From: Armatimonadota bacterium | GTDB lineage: Bacteria > Sysuimicrobiota > Sysuimicrobiia > Sysuimicrobiales > Kaftiobacteriaceae | Direction: 5' to 3' | DNA: 50,132 nucleotides | Assembly: GCA_020028455.1 (NCBI GenBank) | Contig: JAHZOA010000005.1 | Location: forward strand, 1 to 50,132 | Shown: positions 28,501-38,600 of the stretch, in pieces | Layout of the letters: the number at the start of each line of letters is the position of its first letter | Numbering within the stretch: the first letter of the stretch is position 1 | Translations under genes and position numbers: made by a program | Notes under the pieces: model-generated | The model's database searches: none | Told to the model about the DNA's origin: nothing | The model's input: only the letters and a program-made list of their open reading frames with translations

Positions 28501-29571
28501 TTACGACGACGGAGACACTGAGACCCAGCCGCGTTGCGCCGACGCCCGAACGGCGGCCATGGTCCGCTGCACCTGCAGGCCATCACGGAACGTCGCGGCC
28601 GGCTCCACGGGCTGACCATCGAGGATGACGCCGACGAGATGCTCGACGAGCCGGATGAATGAGAGCCCCCACAACTTCGCATACTCCATGCCGGGCGATG
28701 GCTCGAGCGTCTCTGGCTCCGTTACCTCGCTCAGGTCCTGGCCTCTACGCCCGGTCCACAACCGCTCTTGCTGATCGAGGACGATCGTTCCCTGGTCGCC
28801 CCAGATCTCGATTCGCGGGCCCTGTTGAATGGAGGCAACGCCGCTGAGCAACACTGTGCCAACGGCGCCGGATTGGAATCGCAACAAGAACGCGCAGAAA
28901 TCTTCGGAGGTGACCTTTCGCAACCCCCCGCCCTGCGGATCGGGCCGCTCTTTAATGTATGTCTCCACCGTGCCGCATGCCGCCTCGATCTCCCCCAGGC
29001 AGAAGCGCAGGAGATCGATCTGGTGCGAGCCCAGCGCGCCCAGGATGCCTCCGCCCTTTGCCGCGTCGGACCACCACGTCCACGGACGCGCTGGATCACT
29101 GCGGCCGGGCCCGACAACCGTGATCAGTGCATGGCGCGGGCGCCCGATCGCACCGTCGTGGACCAATGTCCGAATCTTGCGGCGGTTCGGGTTGAAGCGA
29201 AGTTCGTGGTCGATGACGTGCACGACCTCGCGACGTTCTGCCTCGTGTAACATTTCCTCGGCCTCACGGACATCCAGCGCCATTGGCTTCTCGCACAGCA
29301 CGTGCCGGCCTGTGCCGAGCGCGGCCATGGTCATCGGATGATGTAGAAACGGAGGTGTTGTGATGCTGACGAGGTCGAGATCTATTTGCACGAGCTCTCT
29401 GTAGTCATCGAACGCGTGTGGGATGCTGAACCGGTCCGCGATGCGACGAGCCTTCCCCGGCGTCCCGCTCGCTATCCCAACAAGCTCGACGCGTGGGTTC
29501 GCCTTGAACGCTGGAATCTGAACTTCGCTTCCGAAGCCTGTGCCGATGACCCCGACGCGGAGCTTGTTCAC
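28501..29571 (-). CDS. Gfo/Idh/MocA family NAD(P)-dependent oxidoreductase
   Basis: VGVIGTG.G, HVLCEKP, GGG.L...GSH.ID. Confidence 0.92.
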   Translation of the reverse strand: MNKLRVGVIGTGFGSEVQIPAFKANPRVELVGIASGTPGKARRIADRFSIPHAFDDYRELVQIDLDLVSITTPPFLHHPMTMAALGTGRHVLCEKPMALDVREAEEMLHEAERREVVHVIDHELRFNPNRRKIRTLVHDGAIGRPRHALITVVGPGRSDPARPWTWWSDAAKGGGILGALGSHQIDLLRFCLGEIEAACGTVETYIKERPDPQGGGLRKVTSEDFCAFLLRFQSGAVGTVLLSGVASIQQGPRIEIWGDQGTIVLDQQERLWTGRRGQDLSEVTEPETLEPSPGMEYAKLWGLSFIRLVEHLVGVILDGQPVEPAATFRDGLQVQRTMAAVRASAQRGWVSVSPSS

Positions 29572-29924
29572 GCTTCATCGACGCGGGAAAAGTGAATCAC
29601 CGTGACGGTATCCTCGGGCGAGACCTGTCGCTCTCGTCCGTAGATCGCGGACAGCCAGTCTACGAGCTCCTCATGCCGGCGCAATTCAGGATTGTCGCGC
29701 TGGATCTCCCGAGGGGAGACCTCTTTGAGCGACTTCACCTCGACCGCATCGATGATCGCCGTGGCGATTTTCTTGCGAGTGCCGTGCCGTCGTCCAACCG
29801 TGAGCCAAACGATCTGGCCAGATTGATACTTGTCTCGCTTGTCACCGAGGCGAATCGTGGCCGTCTTTCTGCCGTCGCGCAACTGCTCTGCAAACACCGA
29901 TGAGTAAAAGTTGAGGGCAAACAC
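29568..29924 (-). CDS. ASCH-domain protein (YqfB-like)
   Basis: F.....L..GRKTATIR motif. GTG start at 29924 after SD GGGGAGG; stop overlaps the next GTG. Confidence 0.85.
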   Translation of the reverse strand: MFALNFYSSVFAEQLRDGRKTATIRLGDKRDKYQSGQIVWLTVGRRHGTRKKIATAIIDAVEVKSLKEVSPREIQRDNPELRRHEELVDWLSAIYGRERQVSPEDTVTVIHFSRVDEA

Positions 29925-29962
29925 TTCAAACCTCCCCTGGACGACGTCAACTGCGATCGTGG

Positions 29963-30028
29963 GGTCGTAGGTCGTAGGTCGTAGATAGGACAATGATTTC
30001 CACGACCCACGACCTACGACCTACGACC
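29963..30028. repeat. inverted heptamer arrays (GGTCGTA)3 ... (YACGACC)4 at the hutU end
   Basis: Arms at 29963-29983 and 30001-30028; the hutU stop TAG lies in the array. Confidence 0.85.
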
Positions 30029-31729
30029 GTTCTTATCTTCGTTCGGCGACATCGGGATCATCAGGCCGTGCCTTTTAGCAGCAGTTATGGCTTCGGGATA
30101 CCCTGCGTCCGCGTGGCGCATGATGCCGGTTCCCGGATCCGTGGTAAGGACACGTTCGAGCTTCTCATCCCCGAGGGGCGTGCCGTCGGCGATGACGACC
30201 TGCCCGGCGTGAATGGAATACCCGATCCCCACGCCCCCACCGTGATGAACGGACACCCAGGTGGCGCCGGCGCTGGCGTTGACCAGAGCGTTCAGGATTG
30301 GCCAATCCGCCACGGCATCTGATCCGTCGCGCATCCCTTCAGTCTCCCGGTACGGTGACGCCACGGACCCCGCGTCGAGGTGATCCCGTCCAATCACAAT
30401 CGGCGCCGCCACCTCTCCACGGCGCACGAGGTCACTGAACGCCACCCCCGCTCGTGCGCGCTCCCCGTATCCTAACCAGCAGATGCGGGCGGGCAGTCCC
30501 TGGAAGGGCACACGCTTTTGGGCCAGACCAATCCACCGTCCGAGCGATTCGTGCTCGGGAAACAACTCAAGGACGGCCTCGTCTGTGCGCTGGATGTCGC
30601 GCGGTTCACCGGAGAGTGCGGCCCAGCGGAAAGGACCGCGCCCCTCGCAGAACTGCGGCCTGATGTATGCCTGCACGAAACCCGGGTAACTGAAGGCGCC
30701 ATTGAATCCGGCCTCCTTCGCCTGACCGCGCAGATTGTTTCCGTAATCAAAGACGACACTGCCCGAAGTCTGCATCCTGACCAAGGCTTCACAGTGGCGG
30801 CTGATCGATGCGCGGGAGCGCTTTACGTAATCGTCCGGCGCGCGCTGCCGCAGCTGAGGCGCCTCCTCCGCGGTAACGCCCTCGGGGATGTAGCCGCCGA
30901 GGGGATCATGCGCCGACGTTTGATCCGTCGCCACATCGAACACGATGTTGCGCCGCGCCAGCTCACTAAAAACCTCCGCCGCATTTCCGAGCAGCGCGAC
31001 GGCGTACGCTCTTCCCTCGCGCTTTGCCTCGTCGGTCCAGCGCAGCGCCTCATCCAGCCGGTCCGTCGCGCGGTCGACCCATCCGGCGCTGACGCGCCGG
31101 TGAATGCGCGCGGGATCCACCTCCACGATGAGGGCCACCCCTTCGTTCATCGTCACGGCCATCGGCTGGGCGCCACCCATCCCACCGAGTCCCGCCGACA
31201 GGACTGTGCGACCGCGCAGGCTTCCGCCGAAGTGGGCTCGAGCGACCGCTGCAAATGTCTCGTAGGTCCCCTGGAGAATGCCCTGGGTCCCGATGTAGAT
31301 CCACGAGCCCGCCGTCATCTGTCCGTACATCATGAGGCCGAGCGCTTCGAGCTCCCAGAACTTCTCCCAGGTCGCCCACGCCGGGACCAGCATGGAGTTG
31401 CTGATGAGCACCCGCGGCGCCCAGGAATGCGTCCGGAAGACCCCAACCGGTTTGCCCGACTGCACCAGCAGCGTTTCGTCGTCGGCGAGCGACTGGAGAC
31501 TCGTCACAATCGCGTCAAAACACTCCCAGTTTCTTGCTGCCTTGCCGGTACCGCCGTAGATGATGAGCTCGTCGGGCCGCTCCGCTACCTCCGGATCGAG
31601 GTTGTTCATCAGCATCCGCAGTGCTGCCTCCTGCGGCCATCCCCGGCAGGAGATTGCATTCCCCCGGGGAGCCCTGACGGGCCGGGGCTGTCCTGAACCC
31701 AGGCGACGTGAGCGGCCGGGGTCGCTCAC
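30014..31729 (-). CDS. hutU: urocanate hydratase
   Basis: [57 protein letters not shown]. Confidence 0.98.
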   Translation of the reverse strand: MSDPGRSRRLGSGQPRPVRAPRGNAISCRGWPQEAALRMLMNNLDPEVAERPDELIIYGGTGKAARNWECFDAIVTSLQSLADDETLLVQSGKPVGVFRTHSWAPRVLISNSMLVPAWATWEKFWELEALGLMMYGQMTAGSWIYIGTQGILQGTYETFAAVARAHFGGSLRGRTVLSAGLGGMGGAQPMAVTMNEGVALIVEVDPARIHRRVSAGWVDRATDRLDEALRWTDEAKREGRAYAVALLGNAAEVFSELARRNIVFDVATDQTSAHDPLGGYIPEGVTAEEAPQLRQRAPDDYVKRSRASISRHCEALVRMQTSGSVVFDYGNNLRGQAKEAGFNGAFSYPGFVQAYIRPQFCEGRGPFRWAALSGEPRDIQRTDEAVLELFPEHESLGRWIGLAQKRVPFQGLPARICWLGYGERARAGVAFSDLVRRGEVAAPIVIGRDHLDAGSVASPYRETEGMRDGSDAVADWPILNALVNASAGATWVSVHHGGGVGIGYSIHAGQVVIADGTPLGDEKLERVLTTDPGTGIMRHADAGYPEAITAAKRHGLMIPMSPNEDKNGRRS

Positions 31730-33249
31730 GACAGGCGTCCCACCAGCTGCTCGGCCGCGGCCAGCACCGAACCATCGCGGACAAGCTCGAGGCCTTTTGC
31801 CAGATCGTCGGCGAGCACGCGGTCTGCCTTCAAGGGAAGAATACTCTGGCGCACCGCATCATACGCGCGCCCTGTGCCCTTGCCGGGCCGCAGCGGACGG
31901 TGGAAGTCCAGGGCCTGTGCCGCACAGATGAGCTCGATACCGATGACCTGTTGAGCGTGCGCCAACACGCGGGCCGCTTTTCGGGCCGCGATCGCCCCCA
32001 TGCTGACGTGATCTTCTTGGTTGGCAGATGTCGGGATGCTGTCCACACTCGCCGGATGACTGAGGACTTTGTTTTCCGAGACGAGCGCAGCGGCCGTATA
32101 CTGGGCAAGCATCAGACCAGAATGCAGCCCGCTATCGTTCGTCAGAAACGCCGGCAGACCACTGAGATGAGGGTTGACGAGCCGCTCGATCCGACGTTCC
32201 GCAATGTTCGCGAGTTCGCTCACAGCGATGGCCAGCAGGTCGAGCGCTAGGGCCACGGGTTGGCCATGAAAGTTCCCGCCTGAGATCACGCGGTCATCGT
32301 CGGGGAAGATCAGTGGGTTGTCCGTGGCGGAGTTGATCTCGATCTCAATGACACGCCGGGCATACGCAATCGCGTCGCGTGAAGCCCCGTGCACCTGGGG
32401 GATGCAGCGCAGCGAATAGGCATCTTGCACTTTCGGCCTTGGCGGCGCCTGCTGCAGGATCTCGCTGCCAGTGATCAGCCGCCGCAGGTTCTCCGCGCTG
32501 GCGCGCTGCCCCGGGTGAGGACGCACTTGATGCAAGAGTGCATCAAACGCCTCAGGCAGTCCTCGCAGTGCCTCGAACGTCATCGCCGCGGCCACGTCGG
32601 CCGTATCAGCCAGACGCTGCGCGTCAACGACGGCCAGTGTGCCGAGCGCGGTCATGGCCTGCGTGCCGTTGATCAGGGCCATGCCTTCTTTTGCGCCAAG
32701 GACCACAGGCGACAGACGTAGCTTCGCGAGCGCTTCCCGGCTCGACAGGCGATGCCCGTTCACCGTCGCGCTGCTCTCGCCGATCATCGCCAGGGCGAGA
32801 TGTGCGAGTGGGGCAAGATCTCCCGACGCGCCCACGGAACCCTGCGATGGAACAACGGGGTGGATCGCCTGGTTGAGCATCTGAATGAGGAGATTGAGTG
32901 TCTGGAGACGGATGCCTGAGTAACCTAGCGCCAGCGCGTGCGCGCGGAGCAGCATCATGGCTCGGACAACCTCATCGGGAAGCGCCTCGCCCACGCCGGC
33001 GCTATGACTCCGGACGATATTGATCTGAAGCTGCGCCGTCTGCTCGGGAGAAATGTGCACTCCCGCGAGCTCGCCTACACCGGTGCTGATCCCGTAGATC
33101 GCCCGCCCTTCACCGGCGAGTCGCTCAACTACAGCCCGCGACCGCTCCACACGGGTCCGAGCATGAGGAGAGAGGGCAACCGCTGCCCTCTCTCGTGCAA
33201 CCGTGACGACGTCTGCCAGCGTGAGATGCTCGCCGATCTCGACGGTCAC
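31726..33249 (-). CDS. hutH: histidine ammonia-lyase
   Basis: [12 protein letters not shown] (MIO-forming ASG), [29 protein letters not shown] 33249 overlaps the upstream stop. Confidence 0.95.
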   Translation of the reverse strand: MTVEIGEHLTLADVVTVARERAAVALSPHARTRVERSRAVVERLAGEGRAIYGISTGVGELAGVHISPEQTAQLQINIVRSHSAGVGEALPDEVVRAMMLLRAHALALGYSGIRLQTLNLLIQMLNQAIHPVVPSQGSVGASGDLAPLAHLALAMIGESSATVNGHRLSSREALAKLRLSPVVLGAKEGMALINGTQAMTALGTLAVVDAQRLADTADVAAAMTFEALRGLPEAFDALLHQVRPHPGQRASAENLRRLITGSEILQQAPPRPKVQDAYSLRCIPQVHGASRDAIAYARRVIEIEINSATDNPLIFPDDDRVISGGNFHGQPVALALDLLAIAVSELANIAERRIERLVNPHLSGLPAFLTNDSGLHSGLMLAQYTAAALVSENKVLSHPASVDSIPTSANQEDHVSMGAIAARKAARVLAHAQQVIGIELICAAQALDFHRPLRPGKGTGRAYDAVRQSILPLKADRVLADDLAKGLELVRDGSVLAAAEQLVGRLS

Positions 33250-33929
33250 TTCAGACTCTCGTGAAAGGTCGAGCTCACCGCCTTCTGTCCGCGCGAGCCT
33301 ACGACCGTGGCCAGCACGACGTTGTCGTATGTGATTTTCGACGTCACCGTCTTCATGGTGTTGAGCTGGCTCAGAATGGCTTGCCACGCCAGCAGGCCCT
33401 CAGTTTCGAGGTTCTGCTTCGCCTCGGTTTTGTCGTCCGGAACGATCGTGACGACTGCGCGGTCTTTTTCGATCTTATCCCCAGGCTTGACGAGGACTTG
33501 CGCCACCGCGCCGGTGTAATCGGCTGTGGCAGCGACGACGATCTTTCCATCGCTCGCCTTCACACTGGCGACCGCTGCACCTTTCCTCACGCGTGTCCCG
33601 ACCTTCGCAAGACCCTGCGGGACGACTTCCCCGTCCATCGTTGCGCGTGCCGCCGGAGGATACGTCGCGGATTCGAACGTCACATCGACTGTACCGGCCG
33701 CTTCATTGACTTTGACGTCTTTGACCGTCCCGCGGCCGATGATATTCTCAACCAGATTCTTGGCGATGACATCTGGCGGAGGCGGCTTCCGCGCTTCTTC
33801 TTCACGCCGCCGGTAGGCCGAATCCCAGGCGTACAGCCCGGCGCTGACCACGACGACGGCGGCGACGTAAATGAGAATGGGACCGAGACTCACTCCGGTT
33901 TTGCGTACTAATTTTCCGGACTTTGCCAC
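33246..33929 (-). CDS. membrane-anchored hypothetical protein with internal biotinyl/lipoyl-like domain
   Basis: One N-terminal TM helix. Segment KVG..V.KG..V..V...A...G.V..VLVKPGD.I resembles the barrel-sandwich hybrid fold. Confidence 0.65.
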   Translation of the reverse strand: MAKSGKLVRKTGVSLGPILIYVAAVVVVSAGLYAWDSAYRRREEEARKPPPPDVIAKNLVENIIGRGTVKDVKVNEAAGTVDVTFESATYPPAARATMDGEVVPQGLAKVGTRVRKGAAVASVKASDGKIVVAATADYTGAVAQVLVKPGDKIEKDRAVVTIVPDDKTEAKQNLETEGLLAWQAILSQLNTMKTVTSKITYDNVVLATVVGSRGQKAVSSTFHESLK

Positions 33930-33955
33930 ACATTCACCCCCGAAAAAGCGACTAC

Positions 33956-34050
33956 GGAATCAGGAAACAGGAATCAGGAATCAGGAACTGATTCAACAGG
34001 CGCGGGGAGGTTCCTATTTTCCTGTTTCCTGTTACCTGTTTCCTGTTTCC
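33956..34050. repeat. inverted heptamer arrays (GGAAWCA)4 ... (TTCCTGT)4-5
   Basis: Arms at 33956-33987 and 34011-34050, intergenic. Confidence 0.85.
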
Positions 34051-34061
34051 GCACTGCAATC

Positions 34062-34658
34062 TCAGGAAACGCTGATCGCCTCAGACGTGGTGATGGTTCC
34101 TCTGTAAAGGAATGAAGTCTGCCTGATGGTTGCCTGAAAGTCGAACGGCGTGATCGCCGAGATGGCATCAATCGGCAGGATGACCTTGTAGCCTCGCAGG
34201 GCCGCGCTTCCCGCTGTGTGCAGCACGCAAATGTTGGCCACCGTGCCGCACACAATCACCGTCGCGACCTGCCGCAGACGGAGCTCATGATCGAGCGAGG
34301 TTCCAAAAAACCCGTCGTACCTCAGCTTTTGAATGACGCGGTCCGTGGGCCGAGGGGTAAGCTCCTCGATGATCTGCCATCCCCAGCTGCCACGAAGGAC
34401 GTGCTGCCCCCAAATTGGAAACTCGGGGTCGCCGGGATCGTGGGTATCCTGGGTGTAGAAGACCGCCATGCTACGCCGCCGCGCCAGATCGAGTAGGCGC
34501 TTGATCGCCTGGATCGTTTTCTCCGCGTCCCCGACGACGAGTGCGCCTCCCTCCTTGACGAAATCGTTCTGCATGTCGACAACGATCAGCGCCGTCGCCT
34601 TTGGATCGACCACAACGTGCCGCTCGACCTCATAATCGGGGGTTTCAACCGACTTCAT
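34062..34658 (-). CDS. isochorismatase-family cysteine hydrolase (nicotinamidase-like)
   Basis: VDMQNDF, D.H, W..H...GS.G, K..Y..F, G...NICV catalytic and metal-site pattern. Confidence 0.88.
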   Translation of the reverse strand: MKSVETPDYEVERHVVVDPKATALIVVDMQNDFVKEGGALVVGDAEKTIQAIKRLLDLARRRSMAVFYTQDTHDPGDPEFPIWGQHVLRGSWGWQIIEELTPRPTDRVIQKLRYDGFFGTSLDHELRLRQVATVIVCGTVANICVLHTAGSAALRGYKVILPIDAISAITPFDFQATIRQTSFLYRGTITTSEAISVS

Positions 34659-34673
34659 TCGCTCTCACGACCC

Positions 34674-35171
34674 TCACCTAGCCCACGCTGCGCCTTTCAG
34701 GAGAGGTCGTAGTAACGGCACCGCAAGCAGGATGACAATTATGTCGACGAGCGTCTCAAAGGCCAACCCGTAGATGAAAAGCGCCTTTGTGACATCATTG
34801 AGCGGAAGTAGCCCCACCTGGACGAAAACCAGAATGTTCAGCACATGCCCCACGATGATCGTCAAAGCCCCCAGGAATGCGCGTCGCCCCGCGAGGCCCG
34901 CGGTGAGACCCATGATCGTGTGCGGAATCACCGCCCATCGCTCAAAGAGGTTCCCAGCTGGAGTAAAGAACCCATTGACCCCTGTACCAATCAAGCCGAC
35001 GAGGGCCCCCGCGGCGGGCCCCAAAAGAATACCCGCGATTACGACGACCACCATGTTGAGGGCAATGATGGCCCCCGGGACCATGGGGTTAGGGATGAAT
35101 CTGACCACCTGGCCAACGACAACGTATAAAGCCGCGAGCACTGCGACATAGGCGATCTGCCGAGTCGACAT
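34674..35171 (-). CDS. ECF transporter S-component
   Basis: ~165 aa, highly hydrophobic, AxxxA in TM1, LLGP..G..VG..G. ATG 35171 follows GGGAGG. Confidence 0.75.
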   Translation of the reverse strand: MSTRQIAYVAVLAALYVVVGQVVRFIPNPMVPGAIIALNMVVVVIAGILLGPAAGALVGLIGTGVNGFFTPAGNLFERWAVIPHTIMGLTAGLAGRRAFLGALTIIVGHVLNILVFVQVGLLPLNDVTKALFIYGLAFETLVDIIVILLAVPLLRPLLKGAAWAR

Positions 35172-35189
35172 CCGCGCTTCCTCCCGTCG

Positions 35190-35226
35190 AAAATATTGAA
35201 GGCTGCCCTGCCAACAGGCAGCCTTC
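35190..35226 (-). terminator. hairpin / probable terminator after ftsH
   Basis: Perfect 10-bp stem GAAGGCTGCC/GGCAGCCTTC followed on the minus strand by AATATTTT. Confidence 0.55.
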
Positions 35227-35250
35227 GTCACAGCAGAATTTCGTCCCTGG

Positions 35251-37161
35251 TCAGGACGCTTCAGGCTTAGGCTTCAATGACGGAATCGGCATGTCGGGCC
35301 GGGCCTCTGAGTGCGGCGGCGGCTGCGGCGCCGCGGGGGTCTCCGGCTCGAGCGGCTCGCCGGCCATCACCCGTTCAAGTTGCGATCCTTCTAGACTCTC
35401 TTTCTCCAACAGGGCCTGCGCGATGCGCTCCAGTTTGTCGCGGGCTTCCGTGATCACCTGGCGCGCGTGATCGTAGCACTCATCGATAATCTTCCGCGTT
35501 TCCTTGTCGATCTCGTACGCGATCTCCTCGCTGTAGTTTCTCGTTTCGATCAGGTCGCGGCCCAGAAACACCGGCCCGTGGCGCCTGCCCAGCGCCATCG
35601 GCCCGAGTTTTTCGCTCATCCCAAATTCAGTCACCATCCGGCGGGCGAGCTCAGTCGCCTGTTCGAAATCGTTCTGGGCGCCGGTCGTCGATTCTCCGAA
35701 GACCAGCTCTTCAGCCACCCGTCCACCCAATGCCGCGGTGATGCGGTCGAGGAGCTCGTTCTTCGTATAGGTGTACTTGTCCTCAGGCGGCGCACTGATG
35801 ACGTATCCTAGCGCCATCCCGCGCGGCAGAATGGTGACCTTGTGCGGCGGATCCGCGTGAGGGAGCAGCTTGCCAAGCAGCGCATGTCCGCCCTCATGGT
35901 AGGCGGCGATCTCCCGCTCCTTGGCCGACAGCACACGGCTACGGCGCTGCGGTCCGGCGATGACGCGTTCGATCGCCTCTTCCATTTCGGACATCGTGAC
36001 CTTCTTCTTGTTGCGACGTGCGGCGAGCAACGCCGCCTCGTTGACGAGGTTAGCCAGGTCTGCGCCCGAAAATCCCGGCGTATGCTTGGCCAGAATTTCG
36101 AGATCGACATCCTCGGACAGTGGCTTCCCGCGGACGTGGACATCGAGAATCGCCCGCCGTCCTTTACTATCCGGATTGTCGACGACGACCCGGCGGTCAA
36201 ACCTGCCTGGCCGAAGCAGCGCAGGATCGAGAATATCCGGACGGTTGGTCGCAGCGATCAGGATAATGCCGGCGTTCGGATCAAACCCATCCATCTCAAC
36301 CAGCAGCTGGTTCAGGGTCTGTTCGCGTTCATCATGCCCGCCGCCTAACCCGGCGCCCCGCTGCCGGCCCACGGCGTCAATTTCGTCGATGAAGATCAGG
36401 CACGGCGCGCTCTTCTTGGCCTGCTCGAACAAGTCGCGGACGCGTGACGCGCCCACACCCACGAACATTTCCACGAATTCCGAACCGGAGATCGAGAAGA
36501 ACGGCACGCCGGCCTCGCCGGCCACGGCTTTGGCCAGGAGCGTCTTGCCGCTCCCGGGCGGTCCAACCAGCAACACGCCGCGGGGAATCTTGGCACCGAG
36601 AGCTTGGAATTTCTTGGGGTGCTTGAGGAACTCGATGATTTCCTGGAGCTCTTCCTTCGCCTCCTCGACGCCGGCTACATCCTCGAAAGTCACTTTCGGC
36701 CGGTTCTCTGTGTGCAGACGCGCACGGCTTTTGCCGAACGACATCGCCTGGTTACTGCCGCTCTGCGCCTGCCGCAGCATCAGCATCCACAGCCCGATCA
36801 GCAACAGGAACGGCAGCATTGTAGAAAGGATGTTCGGCCAGATGGCATTCCGGTTGCGCGGCTCAACGTTGATCTGCGTGCCCCTGGCTTGGAGGATGGC
36901 GAGGTAGGACGTGTCATTGGACGGCACGTAGGTCCGGAACGCTGTACCTTCCGGAGTTCCGTCCTTGAGCTTGCCGATGATCGTCTCATCACCGATCGTA
37001 ACTTCCTTCACGCGTCCTGCTTCGGCATGATCGATGAACTGGCTGTACGAAATCTCCTCTCGCGGGGCGCGGGCGCGGTACAGCGGTCCGACAAAGAAGT
37101 AGATCACGACCGCGAGGATGATGCCCCAAACAACTAGGTTACGTAGATACCGATTCAGCAC
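35251..37161 (-). CDS. ftsH: ATP-dependent zinc metalloprotease FtsH
   Basis: Two TM segments, [30 protein letters not shown]. Confidence 0.98.
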   Translation of the reverse strand: MLNRYLRNLVVWGIILAVVIYFFVGPLYRARAPREEISYSQFIDHAEAGRVKEVTIGDETIIGKLKDGTPEGTAFRTYVPSNDTSYLAILQARGTQINVEPRNRNAIWPNILSTMLPFLLLIGLWMLMLRQAQSGSNQAMSFGKSRARLHTENRPKVTFEDVAGVEEAKEELQEIIEFLKHPKKFQALGAKIPRGVLLVGPPGSGKTLLAKAVAGEAGVPFFSISGSEFVEMFVGVGASRVRDLFEQAKKSAPCLIFIDEIDAVGRQRGAGLGGGHDEREQTLNQLLVEMDGFDPNAGIILIAATNRPDILDPALLRPGRFDRRVVVDNPDSKGRRAILDVHVRGKPLSEDVDLEILAKHTPGFSGADLANLVNEAALLAARRNKKKVTMSEMEEAIERVIAGPQRRSRVLSAKEREIAAYHEGGHALLGKLLPHADPPHKVTILPRGMALGYVISAPPEDKYTYTKNELLDRITAALGGRVAEELVFGESTTGAQNDFEQATELARRMVTEFGMSEKLGPMALGRRHGPVFLGRDLIETRNYSEEIAYEIDKETRKIIDECYDHARQVITEARDKLERIAQALLEKESLEGSQLERVMAGEPLEPETPAAPQPPPHSEARPDMPIPSLKPKPEAS

Positions 37162-37213
37162 CGATCTTGCCTCCTACGAGTTAGCTTTACGATACGATGA
37201 ACAGTTTCTGTTA

Positions 37214-38563
37214 TCAAGCGGACCCAACGACAGCATCGTCGGGGGTATTCCGCACCGGGGGGATAGGGCCTCCTGCCGCCTTTCGCACGCTGAGCAGGAC
37301 AATGTGGCGTGTTCGCTCGCTCAGTCGAGCGATTTCAGAGATACGCCGGCCAACAATCCACACAATCCGTCCCCGCGCGTCGGTCACCACGGGGATTCTG
37401 TGACGTTCCCAGCGCGGTACTTTATCGTCGACGAACAGATCTTGTACCTTCTTTTTGCCCCGCATACCGAGCGGCATCATTCGATCGCCCGGGCGCCACG
37501 AACGAATCCGCAATTCTTCGCCGAGCGCGCCGGCATCGAGGTAGACCTCATCAGGCTGTGCGGAAGATGAAGGGCCCGGCGCCGCGATCTCAACGATGGA
37601 GGCACTAAGCGTCATGCCAAATTCCTCTGCCGTCACCGTACCCGGAATCCTCAAACGGTACTCCCTACTCGGTTCTTGCGATTGCGAACGGGTGACCTCG
37701 AGCGCATCGTAGTTGACCCGAACTGCGATCGTGCCGTCGGCAATGTCACCGGGGCGGCCTTTCGTGGCGACTCGATGCGCCCTCTTTTCCCAAACAACCG
37801 GCAGGCCGGCGGATGTTCCGGTGATCTGCGATGCCGCCCACCTCAACATTCGGCGCTGCACGTCCTGGGAGAGCCGCCGGAATTCGCCGAGTGGAATCCT
37901 GATCACAAGCTCACTGGCTTCGGCCACGTTCGCTACGTGCTGATATGTCAGATCGTTCAGCAGGCGGTCCGCGGATCGAATGACGCTGCTGAGGCTCAGG
38001 AGCAAACCGCTTCCTCCGGGAGCGACTCGTTCAAGGTCTGGGAGCACCCGGAATCTGATCCAGTTCCGGTCAAACCGCAGATCTCGGTTGCTGGGATCTT
38101 CTCGCCACTCGATAGACCGCACCGACAGGAAGCGGCGAGCCTCTTCGCGCGTACCCGTCATCAGTGGGCGGATGACGTGTGCCGCATCAAGCGGCCTTGC
38201 GATCGGGATCCCACCCAGCGCAGCCCAGGGATCTCCTCGCAGGATCCGCATCAGCACCGTTTCGATTTGATCATCCTGAGTGTGGGCGGTTGCGATGCGC
38301 CGGGCCCTGTGCTCACGCGCCACCCTCGCGAGAAATTCATACCGGGCCTCCCGGCCGGCCTCTTCAATTGAAAGCTTGCGACGGCGAGCTAATCCCCGCA
38401 CGTCGGCGGCGCTAGTAACAGATGGAAGGCCGTGCTGGTCCGCCATCCGGACCACAAAGCGCGCATCGTCAGCACTGTCCACCCGCAGGCGGTGATCGAG
38501 GTGGGCCACCACCAGGGTAAGATTCCATTCCTTGGTGGCCTTGACCTTCTCAAGAAGTTCCAT
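37214..38563 (-). CDS. tilS: tRNA(Ile)-lysidine synthetase; PP-loop segment apparently missing
   Basis: AHLDH.LR, EEAGREARY, TAHTQDDQ.ET, IRPL, D.SN, RN.IR and C-terminal GDR..P.G..KK..F.D.KVP are present. No SGGxDS. Confidence 0.85.
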   Translation of the reverse strand: MELLEKVKATKEWNLTLVVAHLDHRLRVDSADDARFVVRMADQHGLPSVTSAADVRGLARRRKLSIEEAGREARYEFLARVAREHRARRIATAHTQDDQIETVLMRILRGDPWAALGGIPIARPLDAAHVIRPLMTGTREEARRFLSVRSIEWREDPSNRDLRFDRNWIRFRVLPDLERVAPGGSGLLLSLSSVIRSADRLLNDLTYQHVANVAEASELVIRIPLGEFRRLSQDVQRRMLRWAASQITGTSAGLPVVWEKRAHRVATKGRPGDIADGTIAVRVNYDALEVTRSQSQEPSREYRLRIPGTVTAEEFGMTLSASIVEIAAPGPSSSAQPDEVYLDAGALGEELRIRSWRPGDRMMPLGMRGKKKVQDLFVDDKVPRWERHRIPVVTDARGRIVWIVGRRISEIARLSERTRHIVLLSVRKAAGGPIPPVRNTPDDAVVGSA

Positions 38564-38600
38564 ATCGTCTCAAATGTAGAAGGCAGCCATGTAGGCTGCC

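Noticed and set aside
27255-28628. 457-aa plus-strand ORF (also 30518-31696, 35921-36907, 45173-46456, 10893-11831)
   Set aside because: These are antisense shadows of well-supported genes, expected at high GC, with no recognisable motifs.
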